64,000 nt of DNA, taken from an uncultured Bacteroidota bacterium (lineage in GTDB: Bacteria > Bacteroidota > Bacteroidia > UKL13-3). Below are positions 41,736 to 51,798 of the stretch, piece after piece (the first letter of the stretch is position 1; each line of letters begins with the position of its first letter). A program made the translations under genes and the position numbers. The stretch is taken from assembly GCA_903883965.1 (NCBI GenBank), contig CAISCU010000006.1, forward strand, positions 4,103-68,102, given 5' to 3'. The notes under the pieces are model-generated. The model saw nothing but the letters and a program-made list of their open reading frames with translations. It did no database searches and was not told the DNA's origin.

Positions 41736-42440
41736 TTATAAGTTTTTGTTGTAGGTAGTTACATCAACTAAATCAAGCAAGGCAACTCTGTTTTGCTCAA
41801 AAAATGCATAATCTAAATTGCGAATTTCTGCTTCATCTTTGAAGTTGAAAGGGTATGCTTTTTCGGGATTATTGGGGTTTCTCTTGGTAACAATTCCTAA
41901 ACCTTGGTCTGTGTCTACTACACATACATTGAGGTCTTTTCTAAATGCCTTTAAATAAACAATGGTTTTCCAAACATCACCTTTCCAGCCACCAGTAAAT
42001 CCTCTTTCTTTCCATGCTGCAAAAGAAATTTCTTCTTCTTTGCTCAATGGGTTACAGTCGTGTAAAATAATGACACCATTGTCTGTTAAATGGTTCAAAC
42101 AATTGACAGCATCACGGGTAGAGTAATCAAACTCATGCATGCCATCAATAAAGCAAACGTCAAACTTTTCAGTTGGTTTATGGTTTTCAAAAAAGCTGTC
42201 GCTGGTAATCTCAAAATACTTTGCATTGAGGTTAGAAAGCAATGCAGGGCGATTGGGCTTTGCTATATAACGGGTAAGTTTTTTAAAATTGTCGAATTTA
42301 AATTCTGGATCTACGGCAATTTTATTTTTCACCTGAATGGAGAAAAAAACATTTCCTTGGTCAACACCTATTTCTAAATAGTTTTTTCCTGTGTTTTTAT
42401 TGATGAAATATTGAATAAAATCGTGTCTTTTGGTTAGCAT
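41736..42440 (-). CDS. Class I SAM-dependent methyltransferase (TylF/Methyltransf_24-like)
   Basis: Resemblance by eye: EIGVDQG and FIDGMHEFDY...ILHD. Confidence 0.5.
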   Translation of the reverse strand: MLTKRHDFIQYFINKNTGKNYLEIGVDQGNVFFSIQVKNKIAVDPEFKFDNFKKLTRYIAKPNRPALLSNLNAKYFEITSDSFFENHKPTEKFDVCFIDGMHEFDYSTRDAVNCLNHLTDNGVIILHDCNPLSKEEEISFAAWKERGFTGGWKGDVWKTIVYLKAFRKDLNVCVVDTDQGLGIVTKRNPNNPEKAYPFNFKDEAEIRNLDYAFFEQNRVALLDLVDVTTYNKNL

Positions 42441-42558
42441 AAATTTGTTTTTCTATCTGTGGTAAAAATACAAACAATCAGGTATAAAAGCCAAATTAAC
42501 CTTCATTGGCTTGAAACTCGTACAAATAAAATTAATTTTAAACCAAACTTTAAACCCA

Positions 42559-43032
42559 ATGTTAAATAAAAATGCTAAATGGGGAATGCTCATTGCACTC
42601 AATTGGGTGCTCATTTTGGGGTCTTGTAAACAAGAGTTATCCGGACAAAACAAAAATGCACAACTTGCCACCCTTCAAGGCAATTGGGTTGGACAGGGCC
42701 ATTTGTTTGACAAAGAACTCAATCAAAAATTAGGAACGATTGCTTGTGAAATTACCATTGAAAACGACAAAGTAAGCGGACAAATTGGAGAAGCTAAGTT
42801 GATGAGTACAAGGGTAAAGCAAAATGCATCTCATTTTGTAGTAATTGGGGAGTTAGACAGAGACTTTGATAGCCGTTATCCTTGTGGCAAAAGAAAAATA
42901 GAGTTGTTGACTCCTTTAACTGCAGCCAAGCAACCAGATGAGTTAGACATGGACTTCCACATCAAACAAAATCTGTTACTTGACTTTAGTATGTTTGTGG
43001 GGAATGTGAAACTCAAACGGGTGAATCAATAA
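42559..43032 (+). CDS. Hypothetical lipoprotein
   Basis: Start picked at MLNKNAKW; lipobox ILGSC. Confidence 0.45.
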   Translation: MLNKNAKWGMLIALNWVLILGSCKQELSGQNKNAQLATLQGNWVGQGHLFDKELNQKLGTIACEITIENDKVSGQIGEAKLMSTRVKQNASHFVVIGELDRDFDSRYPCGKRKIELLTPLTAAKQPDELDMDFHIKQNLLLDFSMFVGNVKLKRVNQ

Positions 43033-43033
43033 T

Positions 43034-46000
43034 TTATTGCTTCAGCACTTTTTTGTGGTAAACACTTCCATTGGTAGCTAATACTTCTATCATATAAACT
43101 CCAGCTGACAATTGCTGGGTATTGATTTCAGCCTGATCAGATTCAAGTACCAATTCACCATTTAAAGCGTAAAATTTAACAGTCTGAATGCGATTGTTGC
43201 CATTTAATATCACCTTTAAACTTTCTTTTACGGGCACAGGATATACTTGCAGGTTAGTATTGTTCTCCATGTTTGACAATCCAACTGCAGCATCAACTAC
43301 TACATCAAGTATTTGTGGAGTTCCAGTACAACCTTGGTTTGAAACTTCTGTTACTTGTATATTTTGAGTTCCTTTTGTTTGCCATTTTACTTGTACTTGA
43401 TGGGTTCCAACTCCTGCCATTACAGATGCTCCGGTTAATTTCCAATTAAATGATGAATTGCTAAATCCATCTACGCTGTAACTGGTTGTATCGAGTTTCA
43501 TGACACTGGTTAAGCCTGAAATAGTTGAAGTAGTAGGTGTAGGGTTGACTGTTATGTCTAAACCAACCGTAGGAGAATTACAGCCATTTTTTAAAATACT
43601 CAATTGGAAAGATCCAGTATAACCTTGGTGAATATTTTTAATGGTAGGTACGCGCAAATTTGAACTGAACCCTGCAGGGCCAGACCAATTGTAAATTGCT
43701 TGGTCTACATAGCCCGCATACAATTGCAAACTATCTCCACTGCATAATTTACTAATTGGGAAACTAGAAACACTTGGTGCTTTAGGTGCAGCATTCACTT
43801 GTAAAGTAGTTGATGCTGGTTCACTTGCACAATTTAACAAGCTAACAACACAGGCGTATTGTCCGGCTTGGTTCAATTGAATATTGCTCAAGTCAATGTT
43901 TTGGTTGCTTGATACAAATGCATTGGGGCCTACCCAACTGTAAGTTGCTTTGTTTACAAAAGGAGTAGTAATGCTCACCAAATCTCCTTCGCAAACAGGA
44001 TTGTTGTGCGTTAATACGGGGGTTGCAGGTTTGATATTTACCACAATGGTTTTGTTTTCATCTGCAGATTTACAGCCATTTAAAGTAGTGTGCACTACAT
44101 AGCTTCCACTATTGGTTGCAGTGCTACTCAAAATAGAAGGGGTTCTGAGGTTGCTACTAAACCCATTTGGACCAGACCATGCATACATTGCTCCCGCAAT
44201 TGTATTGGTACTTAAATCGATGCGTTCGCCTTCGCAAACAGCATCTGGAGCTGTAATTACTGGGGTTGCAGGAACTGCTTTTACAAACAAGCTACTGCTG
44301 AGGTTTTGAGAAGCACATCCTGAATCTGTTGCTATTACTTGAAAACTGCCAGCATCACTCGATTTTACATTTTGAATGTACAATTGGTTACCCGAAGTTG
44401 AAAAGTTATTTGGCCCAGTCCAGTTGTATGCCACATTAGGCCCAACATTGTTTGAATTTACTTTCACTAAAAAACTATCTCCTTCACATAAACTTGTGCT
44501 TGTAGAAGTTAGGCTAATGCTAGGTGTTGATTTTACAATGAAGTTGGTTTTACTAGTTGCCATCAATCCACATGCTTGAGTACTCACATTTACAGTGTAT
44601 CCACCTGCCATTGATTTGCTCACATTGCTCAAAGTAGGGTTTTGTGAACTTGAAGAAAATCCATTAGGCCCAGACCAAGCATAAGTTACACCAGCTATCG
44701 TGTTCACACTTAAACCACTGCTAATTCCTTCACATACAGGCCCTGCATTGCTTGCAACAGGTAAACTAGGCAAAGCCAATACACTGATGTTGATAGTAGC
44801 CGGAGTAGAAACACCACAAGTGGTTGTAGTAGCAGTAACAGAGTAAATACCTTCAGCTGCTTTTGAAATGGTATCTATTGAAGGGTTTTGGGCAGTTGAG
44901 CTAAAACCATTGGGCCCGGACCAACTGTATGTTGCACCTGTAATTGTAGAGGCAGAAAGGGTTAATGTTTTACCATTGCATACAGGTGTGTTACTACTCA
45001 AAGTAGGAACTGGTGCTGTAGCATTGATGCTGATAGTTGATGTGCGCGTTGATGAATTACAGTTATTGATTGAAATATACAATGAGTACAATCCGCCATC
45101 GGTTGCAGATACATTTGTTTTGGTTGGGTTTTGAACACTTGAACTGAAACCATTTGGTCCAGACCAATTGTAAATTGCACCAGCTACAGCGGCAGTAGAT
45201 AAGCTCAATGTTTGACCTACACAAAGTGGGCCATTGTTTGTGATTGCTGGAGTACTAGGAATTGAACTTACTTGAACCAATACGTTTTCAGATGGAGAAA
45301 TACAGCCGTTGTTGCTTACATATACACTATAGGTTCCAGCTTGGTTTGTGGCAGCTCCATTGATACTAGGGTTTTGCTGATTACTACTAAAATTGTTTGG
45401 TCCAGTCCAGGTATAAATGGCATTTGGGTAATTGCCTGTAGCAGTTAAATTGATATTTCCGCCTTCGCAAATTGAAATGGCACCACTCACAGTTGGTTTA
45501 ATAGGATTGTCTTTGCCAGTAACATTTACTTTTGATGGGGAGAAACTACAACCAGCTAAACTTACATTTAAGGTATAATTACCCGTATCGGCTTTAGAAA
45601 AATTCAAACGAATGGGGTTTTGAGAACTTGAGTTGAAACCGTTTGGTCCAGTCCAAGTATAACTGGCACCAGGTATTGTACCGGTGCTTAAACTCAACAT
45701 TTGGCCATAGCAAATGGGTCCATCACTCATGGCAATTGGAGGGTCTATATAACCTAAAGTAACAGATGCAACGGCACTCGAACATGCTCCCACCACTATG
45801 TATACATCGTATTGGCCGGCATTCAACATTGAAAAATTTGAAATTGTTGGGTTTTGATCAGCGGAGCTAAAGCCATTTGGCCCAGACCACACATAGGTTG
45901 CACCAGCAACGGCATTACAAGTTAAAGTTACAGTAGAACCCAAACAGTAATTTCCACCACCCCCAGGGGTTGGTGTTGCGGGCAATGATTCTACGTTGGC

Positions 46001-47038
46001 TGTTTTAGAATCTATGCAATCTATGTAGTACCCACTGATGGTATCTGATAGTGTAACTGTATAGGGTCCTGAGGTATTGTATGTTGTGGCTGTATCAATA
46101 GCAAAACCATTGACACCATTACCTAAATTCCAATGAAAACTTTTGTCCAATGATTTGAAAAACGACCTTAGGTTGTAAAATTTACTGACATTGATGATAG
46201 AAGAATAATTGGTAAAACTTATGGGAGATCCTGGGGTGTAACACGAAGGTGTTGTTTGAAAATCAGCAGTTAAAGCGTATTGAATTACGGGTTCAAACAA
46301 CCAATCAGCATTGAACAAAATGCCCACTCCAACATTTACCCAATAAGAACGGGTATTGACTGTTCCAAAACGAATAGAAGAACACCAGTCATTTGCTCCA
46401 TCTTGAGCAGTTAAAAATTCATTTGATATTAATTGAATTGCATTTGAACTGCTGTTCTCTACACTGATAACATACCCTTGTACATTGTTCACTACGATAG
46501 GTGTAGGAAATTGCACTCTTCTTTTATAGTCAGATAAAAATCCTGCACCAATATTGGTGTCCAAAGAAAAGGTAACACTTTGTAAAGCAGTGCCTATGGG
46601 CATAGAATCAGGTCCAGCATTGTAAAGATTAACGGTAATATTTTGACTGGCTATACCTAAAGTATTGGCCAATCTGCCATAAAAGTTCATGCCACTTACC
46701 AAAATTGGTTGAGGCGAAGGGAACCATTGGTGCGCAGCATTGGCAGGGGTGGTAGTGGTTGCAGTACTGTTGGTTATGTTCATTAACCTTAAACCAGTTG
46801 CTTTTAATAAACCAAACTCAATGGTATCAGGCCCGCATATGGTATTGCGGTTGGCTGCACCACTTGTTTTGAGGTTAAATGTAGTTTTATTCTTGAATGT
46901 ATTTTTACTAGGTAAAGCAATTGTTTGGTTGCTACTTGTCAATTGTTGTTGTGCAAATGTGAAATTGGTTACAAGCGCAAAGCACATCAATAAAAACAAG
47001 TGGTAAAATTTTTTCATGCCAATAAAGTTAAACAGCAA
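43034..47038 (-). CDS. Large adhesin-like protein with 10 tandem Ig-like repeats carrying Y-x-W-S/T-GPNGF-S-S-x-x-Q-N-P, plus T9SS C-terminal domain
   Basis: Ten W(S/T)GPN(G/A/N)F motifs counted in the translation; T9SS-type C-terminus ...GVYMIEVLATNGSVYHKKVLKQ. Confidence 0.75.
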   Translation of the reverse strand: MLFNFIGMKKFYHLFLLMCFALVTNFTFAQQQLTSSNQTIALPSKNTFKNKTTFNLKTSGAANRNTICGPDTIEFGLLKATGLRLMNITNSTATTTTPANAAHQWFPSPQPILVSGMNFYGRLANTLGIASQNITVNLYNAGPDSMPIGTALQSVTFSLDTNIGAGFLSDYKRRVQFPTPIVVNNVQGYVISVENSSSNAIQLISNEFLTAQDGANDWCSSIRFGTVNTRSYWVNVGVGILFNADWLFEPVIQYALTADFQTTPSCYTPGSPISFTNYSSIINVSKFYNLRSFFKSLDKSFHWNLGNGVNGFAIDTATTYNTSGPYTVTLSDTISGYYIDCIDSKTANVESLPATPTPGGGGNYCLGSTVTLTCNAVAGATYVWSGPNGFSSADQNPTISNFSMLNAGQYDVYIVVGACSSAVASVTLGYIDPPIAMSDGPICYGQMLSLSTGTIPGASYTWTGPNGFNSSSQNPIRLNFSKADTGNYTLNVSLAGCSFSPSKVNVTGKDNPIKPTVSGAISICEGGNINLTATGNYPNAIYTWTGPNNFSSNQQNPSINGAATNQAGTYSVYVSNNGCISPSENVLVQVSSIPSTPAITNNGPLCVGQTLSLSTAAVAGAIYNWSGPNGFSSSVQNPTKTNVSATDGGLYSLYISINNCNSSTRTSTISINATAPVPTLSSNTPVCNGKTLTLSASTITGATYSWSGPNGFSSTAQNPSIDTISKAAEGIYSVTATTTTCGVSTPATINISVLALPSLPVASNAGPVCEGISSGLSVNTIAGVTYAWSGPNGFSSSSQNPTLSNVSKSMAGGYTVNVSTQACGLMATSKTNFIVKSTPSISLTSTSTSLCEGDSFLVKVNSNNVGPNVAYNWTGPNNFSTSGNQLYIQNVKSSDAGSFQVIATDSGCASQNLSSSLFVKAVPATPVITAPDAVCEGERIDLSTNTIAGAMYAWSGPNGFSSNLRTPSILSSTATNSGSYVVHTTLNGCKSADENKTIVVNIKPATPVLTHNNPVCEGDLVSITTPFVNKATYSWVGPNAFVSSNQNIDLSNIQLNQAGQYACVVSLLNCASEPASTTLQVNAAPKAPSVSSFPISKLCSGDSLQLYAGYVDQAIYNWSGPAGFSSNLRVPTIKNIHQGYTGSFQLSILKNGCNSPTVGLDITVNPTPTTSTISGLTSVMKLDTTSYSVDGFSNSSFNWKLTGASVMAGVGTHQVQVKWQTKGTQNIQVTEVSNQGCTGTPQILDVVVDAAVGLSNMENNTNLQVYPVPVKESLKVILNGNNRIQTVKFYALNGELVLESDQAEINTQQLSAGVYMIEVLATNGSVYHKKVLKQ

Positions 47039-47092
47039 TATAAATTAAAATAACTTAAAAATTAACTTAAATGGGCTTTAAGTTCATTGCAC

Positions 47093-47126
47093 AAAAAAAC
47101 CCGATTGCAATGCAATCGGGTTTTTT
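47093..47126. terminator. Bidirectional Rho-independent terminator (terminates the OMP gene on the minus strand)
   Basis: AAACCCGATTGCA-ATGCAATCGGGTTT flanked by an A-run and a T-run. Confidence 0.6.
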
Positions 47127-47146
47127 ATAAAATTGAGATTGTTCTC

Positions 47147-47839
47147 TTAGAAACGGAATCCTAAACGAACACCACCTGAAGTTACTCCGAATAAATTGAA
47201 ATCGCTAGTAGTTCCAGTTTTTGTAGTAGTTGTTGTACCAGCAATAGTTTCACTATTTTCACCTTCACCAGTGCTAGACATATCAAAAATACCCAAACCA
47301 AATTCACCTCCTACGTATACACCATCAGCGATATAGTAATCAGCACCCATGAAAGCACCAATGCCTAAGCCAAAAGTACTTCCTGATTTGCTGCTTGATT
47401 TATTACCATCTGCAACACCAGCCCAAGCTCCAGGACCACCTGCAACTGCATTGGTATAATCAACTGTAGATGCAGTAGCAAAACCTAAATTCAATTGTGC
47501 TCCATAATATGGAGATAATTTAGCTGTACCAGCAAAGTGTTTTTCAATACCAGGGGCAATGGTTAAACCAAAACCGCTACTTGTTTTTCTTTCTACAGCA
47601 ACACCACTAACTGTTTCTTTGTCAGTAGATGAAGTCATACCAAAATTTGCACGCAAACGGTAAGCCATGTTGTCTGTAGCAAAATGACGGAATCTCAATT
47701 CAGGTGTAGTGTAAGAAAAAGAATTTAAACCAGCACCAGTGAAATTTACCTCTGCAGTTCTAGAACCAGCAGTTGGTTTTTGTGCAATTGCCAACATACT
47801 TAATGCTGCAAATGCGCTTGAAAGGATTAATTTTTTCAT
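47147..47839 (-). CDS. Outer-membrane beta-barrel protein (OmpA-like barrel / porin family)
   Basis: Signal peptide, alternating beta pattern, C-terminal ...GFRF. Confidence 0.65.
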   Translation of the reverse strand: MKKLILSSAFAALSMLAIAQKPTAGSRTAEVNFTGAGLNSFSYTTPELRFRHFATDNMAYRLRANFGMTSSTDKETVSGVAVERKTSSGFGLTIAPGIEKHFAGTAKLSPYYGAQLNLGFATASTVDYTNAVAGGPGAWAGVADGNKSSSKSGSTFGLGIGAFMGADYYIADGVYVGGEFGLGIFDMSSTGEGENSETIAGTTTTTKTGTTSDFNLFGVTSGGVRLGFRF

Positions 47840-48018
47840 GTTTGTAATAAATTTACAAATGCAAGTTCATCATTAAATTGTTAAACGCAAGTTCAAAAAC
47901 AAACGCCAAATGTGTATAAGTACTTTTTTTGATACACTTTTAAAAAGGGTCAATTTTTAATGTTTTCGTATTTGAAATATGACTTAACTACATTTGTTTA
48001 GATATATAAAAACAACAA

Positions 48019-49158
48019 ATGAAACAGCAACTACAAAGAAGAAGCTTCTTAGCTAAACTCAGTGCAAGTATTGCTACTGCTCTTGCAACACCATTGTTGA
48101 GCTTTTCCAAAAGAATAGAGAATACAACTCAGAATCAATCTGCCAATAAACCAATATTAACGGTTCAACCAATGGGGTTTCAGTGGGAAACCATGGATCC
48201 CTTTTTGTTTTGTGTGCACCATGAAGATTATTTTCCAAAAGGGAATTTGCAATGTGGACCACAAGGCACTTTGGCTGGTAGACATTTGGGAGATGATTTT
48301 ATTTTAAAAGATGGGTATAGAATGTACCATGGTAAAACGGTGCCAGGTTTTCCGGGTCATCCGCACAGAGGTTTTGAAACCATTACTATTGTTAGAAAAG
48401 GTTTGGTTGACCATGCCGATTCTATGGGAGCGGCAGGCCGCTATGGCAATGGAGATGTACAATGGATGACTGCTGGAAAAGGCGTTCAACACTCTGAAAT
48501 GTTTCCATTGTTGAGCCAAGTAAAAGACAATCCTTTAGAGTTATTTCAGATTTGGTTGAACTTACCAGCAAAAGATAAAATGGTAAAACCACATTTTAAA
48601 ATGTTTTGGTCAGAGGACATTCCAAAAATTGAAATGGTTTGTAAATCGCATTCCAAAATTGTAATTGAAGTCATTGCAGGAAAGTTCAATCAAACAAAAT
48701 CATTACAACCTCCTCCTGATTCTTGGGCTTCTAATCCATTGCATGAAGTGGCAATATGGAACCTATTAATGGAACCCAATTCTACTCTTGAACTACCTAT
48801 TTGTTCAAAAGGCATCAATAGAAAATTGTATGTTTATGAAGGAGCGAATTTGTCAATCAATGAACAAGCAATTCCAGCATACCACGCAGTTACGGTAGAT
48901 GGCACACAAGTTATTCGTTTAAAATCGGGAGAGAGCCCCACTCAGATTTTGGTATTACAAGGCAAGCCTATTGGTGAACATGTCATTCAATACGGGCCCT
49001 TTGTAATGAATAGCAAGGAAGAAATCAATCAAGCTTTTGAAGATTACCATGCCACTCAATTTGGAGGCTGGCCTTGGCCCAAATACGACCAAGTACATGA
49101 GCGTTCAGCTGGAAGGTTTGCTAAACACGCAGATGGTAAACTAGAAAAGAAAGCTTAG
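48019..49158 (+). CDS. Pirin-family cupin protein with twin-arginine (Tat) signal peptide
   Basis: QRRSFLAKL Tat motif; pirin metal-binding HPHRGFETIT. Confidence 0.8.
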   Translation: MKQQLQRRSFLAKLSASIATALATPLLSFSKRIENTTQNQSANKPILTVQPMGFQWETMDPFLFCVHHEDYFPKGNLQCGPQGTLAGRHLGDDFILKDGYRMYHGKTVPGFPGHPHRGFETITIVRKGLVDHADSMGAAGRYGNGDVQWMTAGKGVQHSEMFPLLSQVKDNPLELFQIWLNLPAKDKMVKPHFKMFWSEDIPKIEMVCKSHSKIVIEVIAGKFNQTKSLQPPPDSWASNPLHEVAIWNLLMEPNSTLELPICSKGINRKLYVYEGANLSINEQAIPAYHAVTVDGTQVIRLKSGESPTQILVLQGKPIGEHVIQYGPFVMNSKEEINQAFEDYHATQFGGWPWPKYDQVHERSAGRFAKHADGKLEKKA

Positions 49159-49664
49159 AACTTAAAATACAAGGCTGCTTCTCCGGTTAGGTTGTAGGCT
49201 TTAAAGTTATCGTAGGCAGCATAACCAGTCATGAGATTGAATCCAATTTGGTCGAAAAAAGGAATTTCTATGCCAAAGCCAAAACCACTGTTGATATAAC
49301 TATCTGTTTTGGTTTCGTATTTATAGGTTTTTTCGTTGAAATAATTTTTATCCTGGTTGTAGTAATAATGATTGCCTTCGTATAAATATAAAGTAATTTT
49401 TTGACCCTCATTTAATTTGTAGAGAAAGGTACAGCCCATACTGTAAATTTCTTGGGTACTGTTTTTAAAGGGTGCAAAATTTACTTGTACGCCCCATTTA
49501 CTTGGGGTGTAGCGGTAAGACAATCCATAACCTGTTGTAAAACCAATGCCCGCTCCTAAGGAATGTTTTGATTTTTTGCTTGTCTCAAGGTCTTGTGCTT
49601 TTGCAGAGGCTGATAAAATAAATAAACTCAAGAGGGTAATTGGGATGAATTTAAAAGTTCTCAT
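49155..49664 (-). CDS. Small outer-membrane beta-barrel protein, hypothetical
   Basis: Signal peptide from MRTFKF; C-terminal ...LYFKF. Confidence 0.5.
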   Translation of the reverse strand: MRTFKFIPITLLSLFILSASAKAQDLETSKKSKHSLGAGIGFTTGYGLSYRYTPSKWGVQVNFAPFKNSTQEIYSMGCTFLYKLNEGQKITLYLYEGNHYYYNQDKNYFNEKTYKYETKTDSYINSGFGFGIEIPFFDQIGFNLMTGYAAYDNFKAYNLTGEAALYFKF

Positions 49665-49792
49665 ACGTTTTTTGTTAAAGTGTAAAAATACAAACAAAAC
49701 TAATAAATAAACCTAATATATATCACCAATTAAGTTCATTTGTGTTTTATCAATAGTAATACCTTTACAGTGTACTTTAATACCCAAATACA

Positions 49793-51151
49793 ATGAAAAA
49801 ACTAATTACTATTTTGGCCTGTGGTGTCACATTTGCATCGCAAGCCCAGCAGACCCTTTTGAATGGAAATTTCGAAAACTGGGACTCTGTAGTAGCTGCT
49901 ACCCCAAACTATTGGCTTACTTCTGAGCGCGAGAATATTGGCTTAAACACAGCTACCAAAGCTACTGACGGATACAGCGGTTCTGCTATTAGATTAGAAA
50001 CCAAAGCAGGAGATGGCCGTGTGGCTTTTGGTTATTTTGTAAACACAGATGGAGATCCTACTCAAGGTCAGGGAGGCACGCCTTACACACAAAAGCCAAC
50101 ATCTTTAAAAGGCTACTTTAAGGGGACTGTTGTGAGTGGAGACAGTGCAGTGTTGTTGCTAATCTTTAAAAAGAATGGCAGCATTATCAGCAACCAACAA
50201 TTTAAGTTTGGAGAAAGCAAGGCCGCTTATACTGCTTTTGACTTTTCAATTAATTTAACCGAAAACCCAGACACTGTTATTTTAGCAGGTGCTGCTTCAA
50301 ATGTAGTAGATAACCAAAATCCTCCTATTGGAAGTGTGGCTTATTTTGATGAACTCTCTTTTGATGGGGCTTCAATTACACAACAATTACCCAATAGCAA
50401 TTTTGACAGCTGGGATTTTTTAACTTACTATGACTTACAAAATTGGACAGTGATGGGTGGTAGCGATCCACATACAACAGATGCTTATAGAGGTAATGCA
50501 GCTGTAAAATTAAGCAACCAAATGGGAGGAGACAAGGCATATGGTTCAGCATTGTTTTATGGTTCAGTTAACCAAAACCAGTTCAATGGTCAGGCTTATT
50601 TTCCGTATACCAAACAAAACGACACATTGGTTTTTTATTACAAATACACCCAAGTTGGAGGTGACACTGCTGTAGTTTTTGCTTCGTGTAAAAAAGACAT
50701 TTCGGTAATTGGGGGCGCTTACGTTTTGCTACAGCCCACAACAGTTTATACTAGAATGGAAGTTCCAATTATGTCATTTCAAGTACCAGATTCTTTGATG
50801 TTGGGTTTTGGTGTAGCAACAGGGCAAGTAACGGCACATATTGGCAGTGAATTGTGGATTGATGAAGTAACACTTAAATCAGAACCATTGAACACAGGTT
50901 TTGCCAATTTTTTGGCTAACAAACCAATTTTACAAATTTACCCGAATCCTTGTGCAGATAATTTAAGCGTTCTAAGCAATAGCCATCAAGTTTTGCAATA
51001 CGTAATCATGGATTTGAACGGAAAAATTTTACAAAACGATCAATTACAAAGTTCAAGTATTCAAACCCAATCTTTGGAAGCTGGTTTGTATGTGATTCAG
51101 TTTTATGAAAACAACCATTTGGTTTCTAGCAAAAGATTTGTGAAACAATAG
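49793..51151 (+). CDS. Secreted protein with T9SS C-terminal sorting domain
   Basis: Signal peptide; T9SS-type C-terminus ...GLYVIQFYENNHLVSSKRFVKQ. Confidence 0.65.
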   Translation: MKKLITILACGVTFASQAQQTLLNGNFENWDSVVAATPNYWLTSERENIGLNTATKATDGYSGSAIRLETKAGDGRVAFGYFVNTDGDPTQGQGGTPYTQKPTSLKGYFKGTVVSGDSAVLLLIFKKNGSIISNQQFKFGESKAAYTAFDFSINLTENPDTVILAGAASNVVDNQNPPIGSVAYFDELSFDGASITQQLPNSNFDSWDFLTYYDLQNWTVMGGSDPHTTDAYRGNAAVKLSNQMGGDKAYGSALFYGSVNQNQFNGQAYFPYTKQNDTLVFYYKYTQVGGDTAVVFASCKKDISVIGGAYVLLQPTTVYTRMEVPIMSFQVPDSLMLGFGVATGQVTAHIGSELWIDEVTLKSEPLNTGFANFLANKPILQIYPNPCADNLSVLSNSHQVLQYVIMDLNGKILQNDQLQSSSIQTQSLEAGLYVIQFYENNHLVSSKRFVKQ

Positions 51152-51168
51152 CAATCGGTTTGTCGGTT

Positions 51169-51209
51169 AACAAGAATGGGGGCGGCCGCAGGCCGCCCCC
51201 ATTCTTGTT
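51169..51209. repeat. GC-rich perfect palindrome: 19-bp arms AACAAGAATGGGGGCGGCC / GGCCGCCCCCATTCTTGTT with a 3-nt loop
   Basis: Read directly from the sequence; contains GCGGCCGC; lies between the T9SS gene and the dCMP deaminase gene. Confidence 0.7.
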
Positions 51210-51306
51210 ATAACCCCCATAAAAATAATATACAAATTACCTGTAACAAATAACCAGCTATCAGCTATTGGTTTAGTTTTTCATTTTTTATACAGACATT
51301 TGAAGC

Positions 51307-51798
51307 ATGAGTTCAAGCACAACTACAAGTTATTCTAGACCCAGCTGGGATGCCTATTTTATGGAAGTGATGGAAGCCATTAGCAAAAGGGCAACCTGTG
51401 ACAGGGGCCGAAGTGGCTGTGTCATTGCCAAAGAAAACCAATTGTTGGTTACAGGCTATGTGGGTTCACCCATTGGTATGTCGCATTGTGACGAAGTGGG
51501 GCACCAAATGAAAAAGGTATTGCACGAAGACGAAAGCATTACAGAGCATTGTGTAAGAACGGTTCATGCCGAACAAAATGCCATTTGCCAAGCTGCTAAA
51601 AATGGGGTGTCTATAGATGGAGCAACTTTGTATTGTAGAATGACACCTTGTAGGGTATGCGCCATGTTAATTATTAACTGTGGCATTAAGCGAGTGGTTT
51701 GTGAACGCAAGTACCATGCAGGTTCAGAAACAGAGCACCTATTTAATCAAGCAGGTATTCAGCTCGATTTTATACACAACGAACTGCAGCAATATTAA
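51307..51798 (+). CDS. dCMP deaminase family (ComEB-like) zinc deaminase
   Basis: HAEQNA ... PCRVCA motifs. Confidence 0.8.
   Translation: MSSSTTTSYSRPSWDAYFMEVMEAISKRATCDRGRSGCVIAKENQLLVTGYVGSPIGMSHCDEVGHQMKKVLHEDESITEHCVRTVHAEQNAICQAAKNGVSIDGATLYCRMTPCRVCAMLIINCGIKRVVCERKYHAGSETEHLFNQAGIQLDFIHNELQQY

Noticed and set aside
43034-47038. CRISPR-like periodicity from repeated GPNGF-coding segments
   Set aside because: The periodicity is at the protein-domain scale (about 280 bp), it is coding and diverged. There are no short identical repeats with unique spacers. No CRISPR array was seen anywhere in the window.
51169-51209. Palindrome as an inverted repeat end of an IS element
   Set aside because: It is a single hairpin-type palindrome with no transposase ORF and no second terminal copy nearby.
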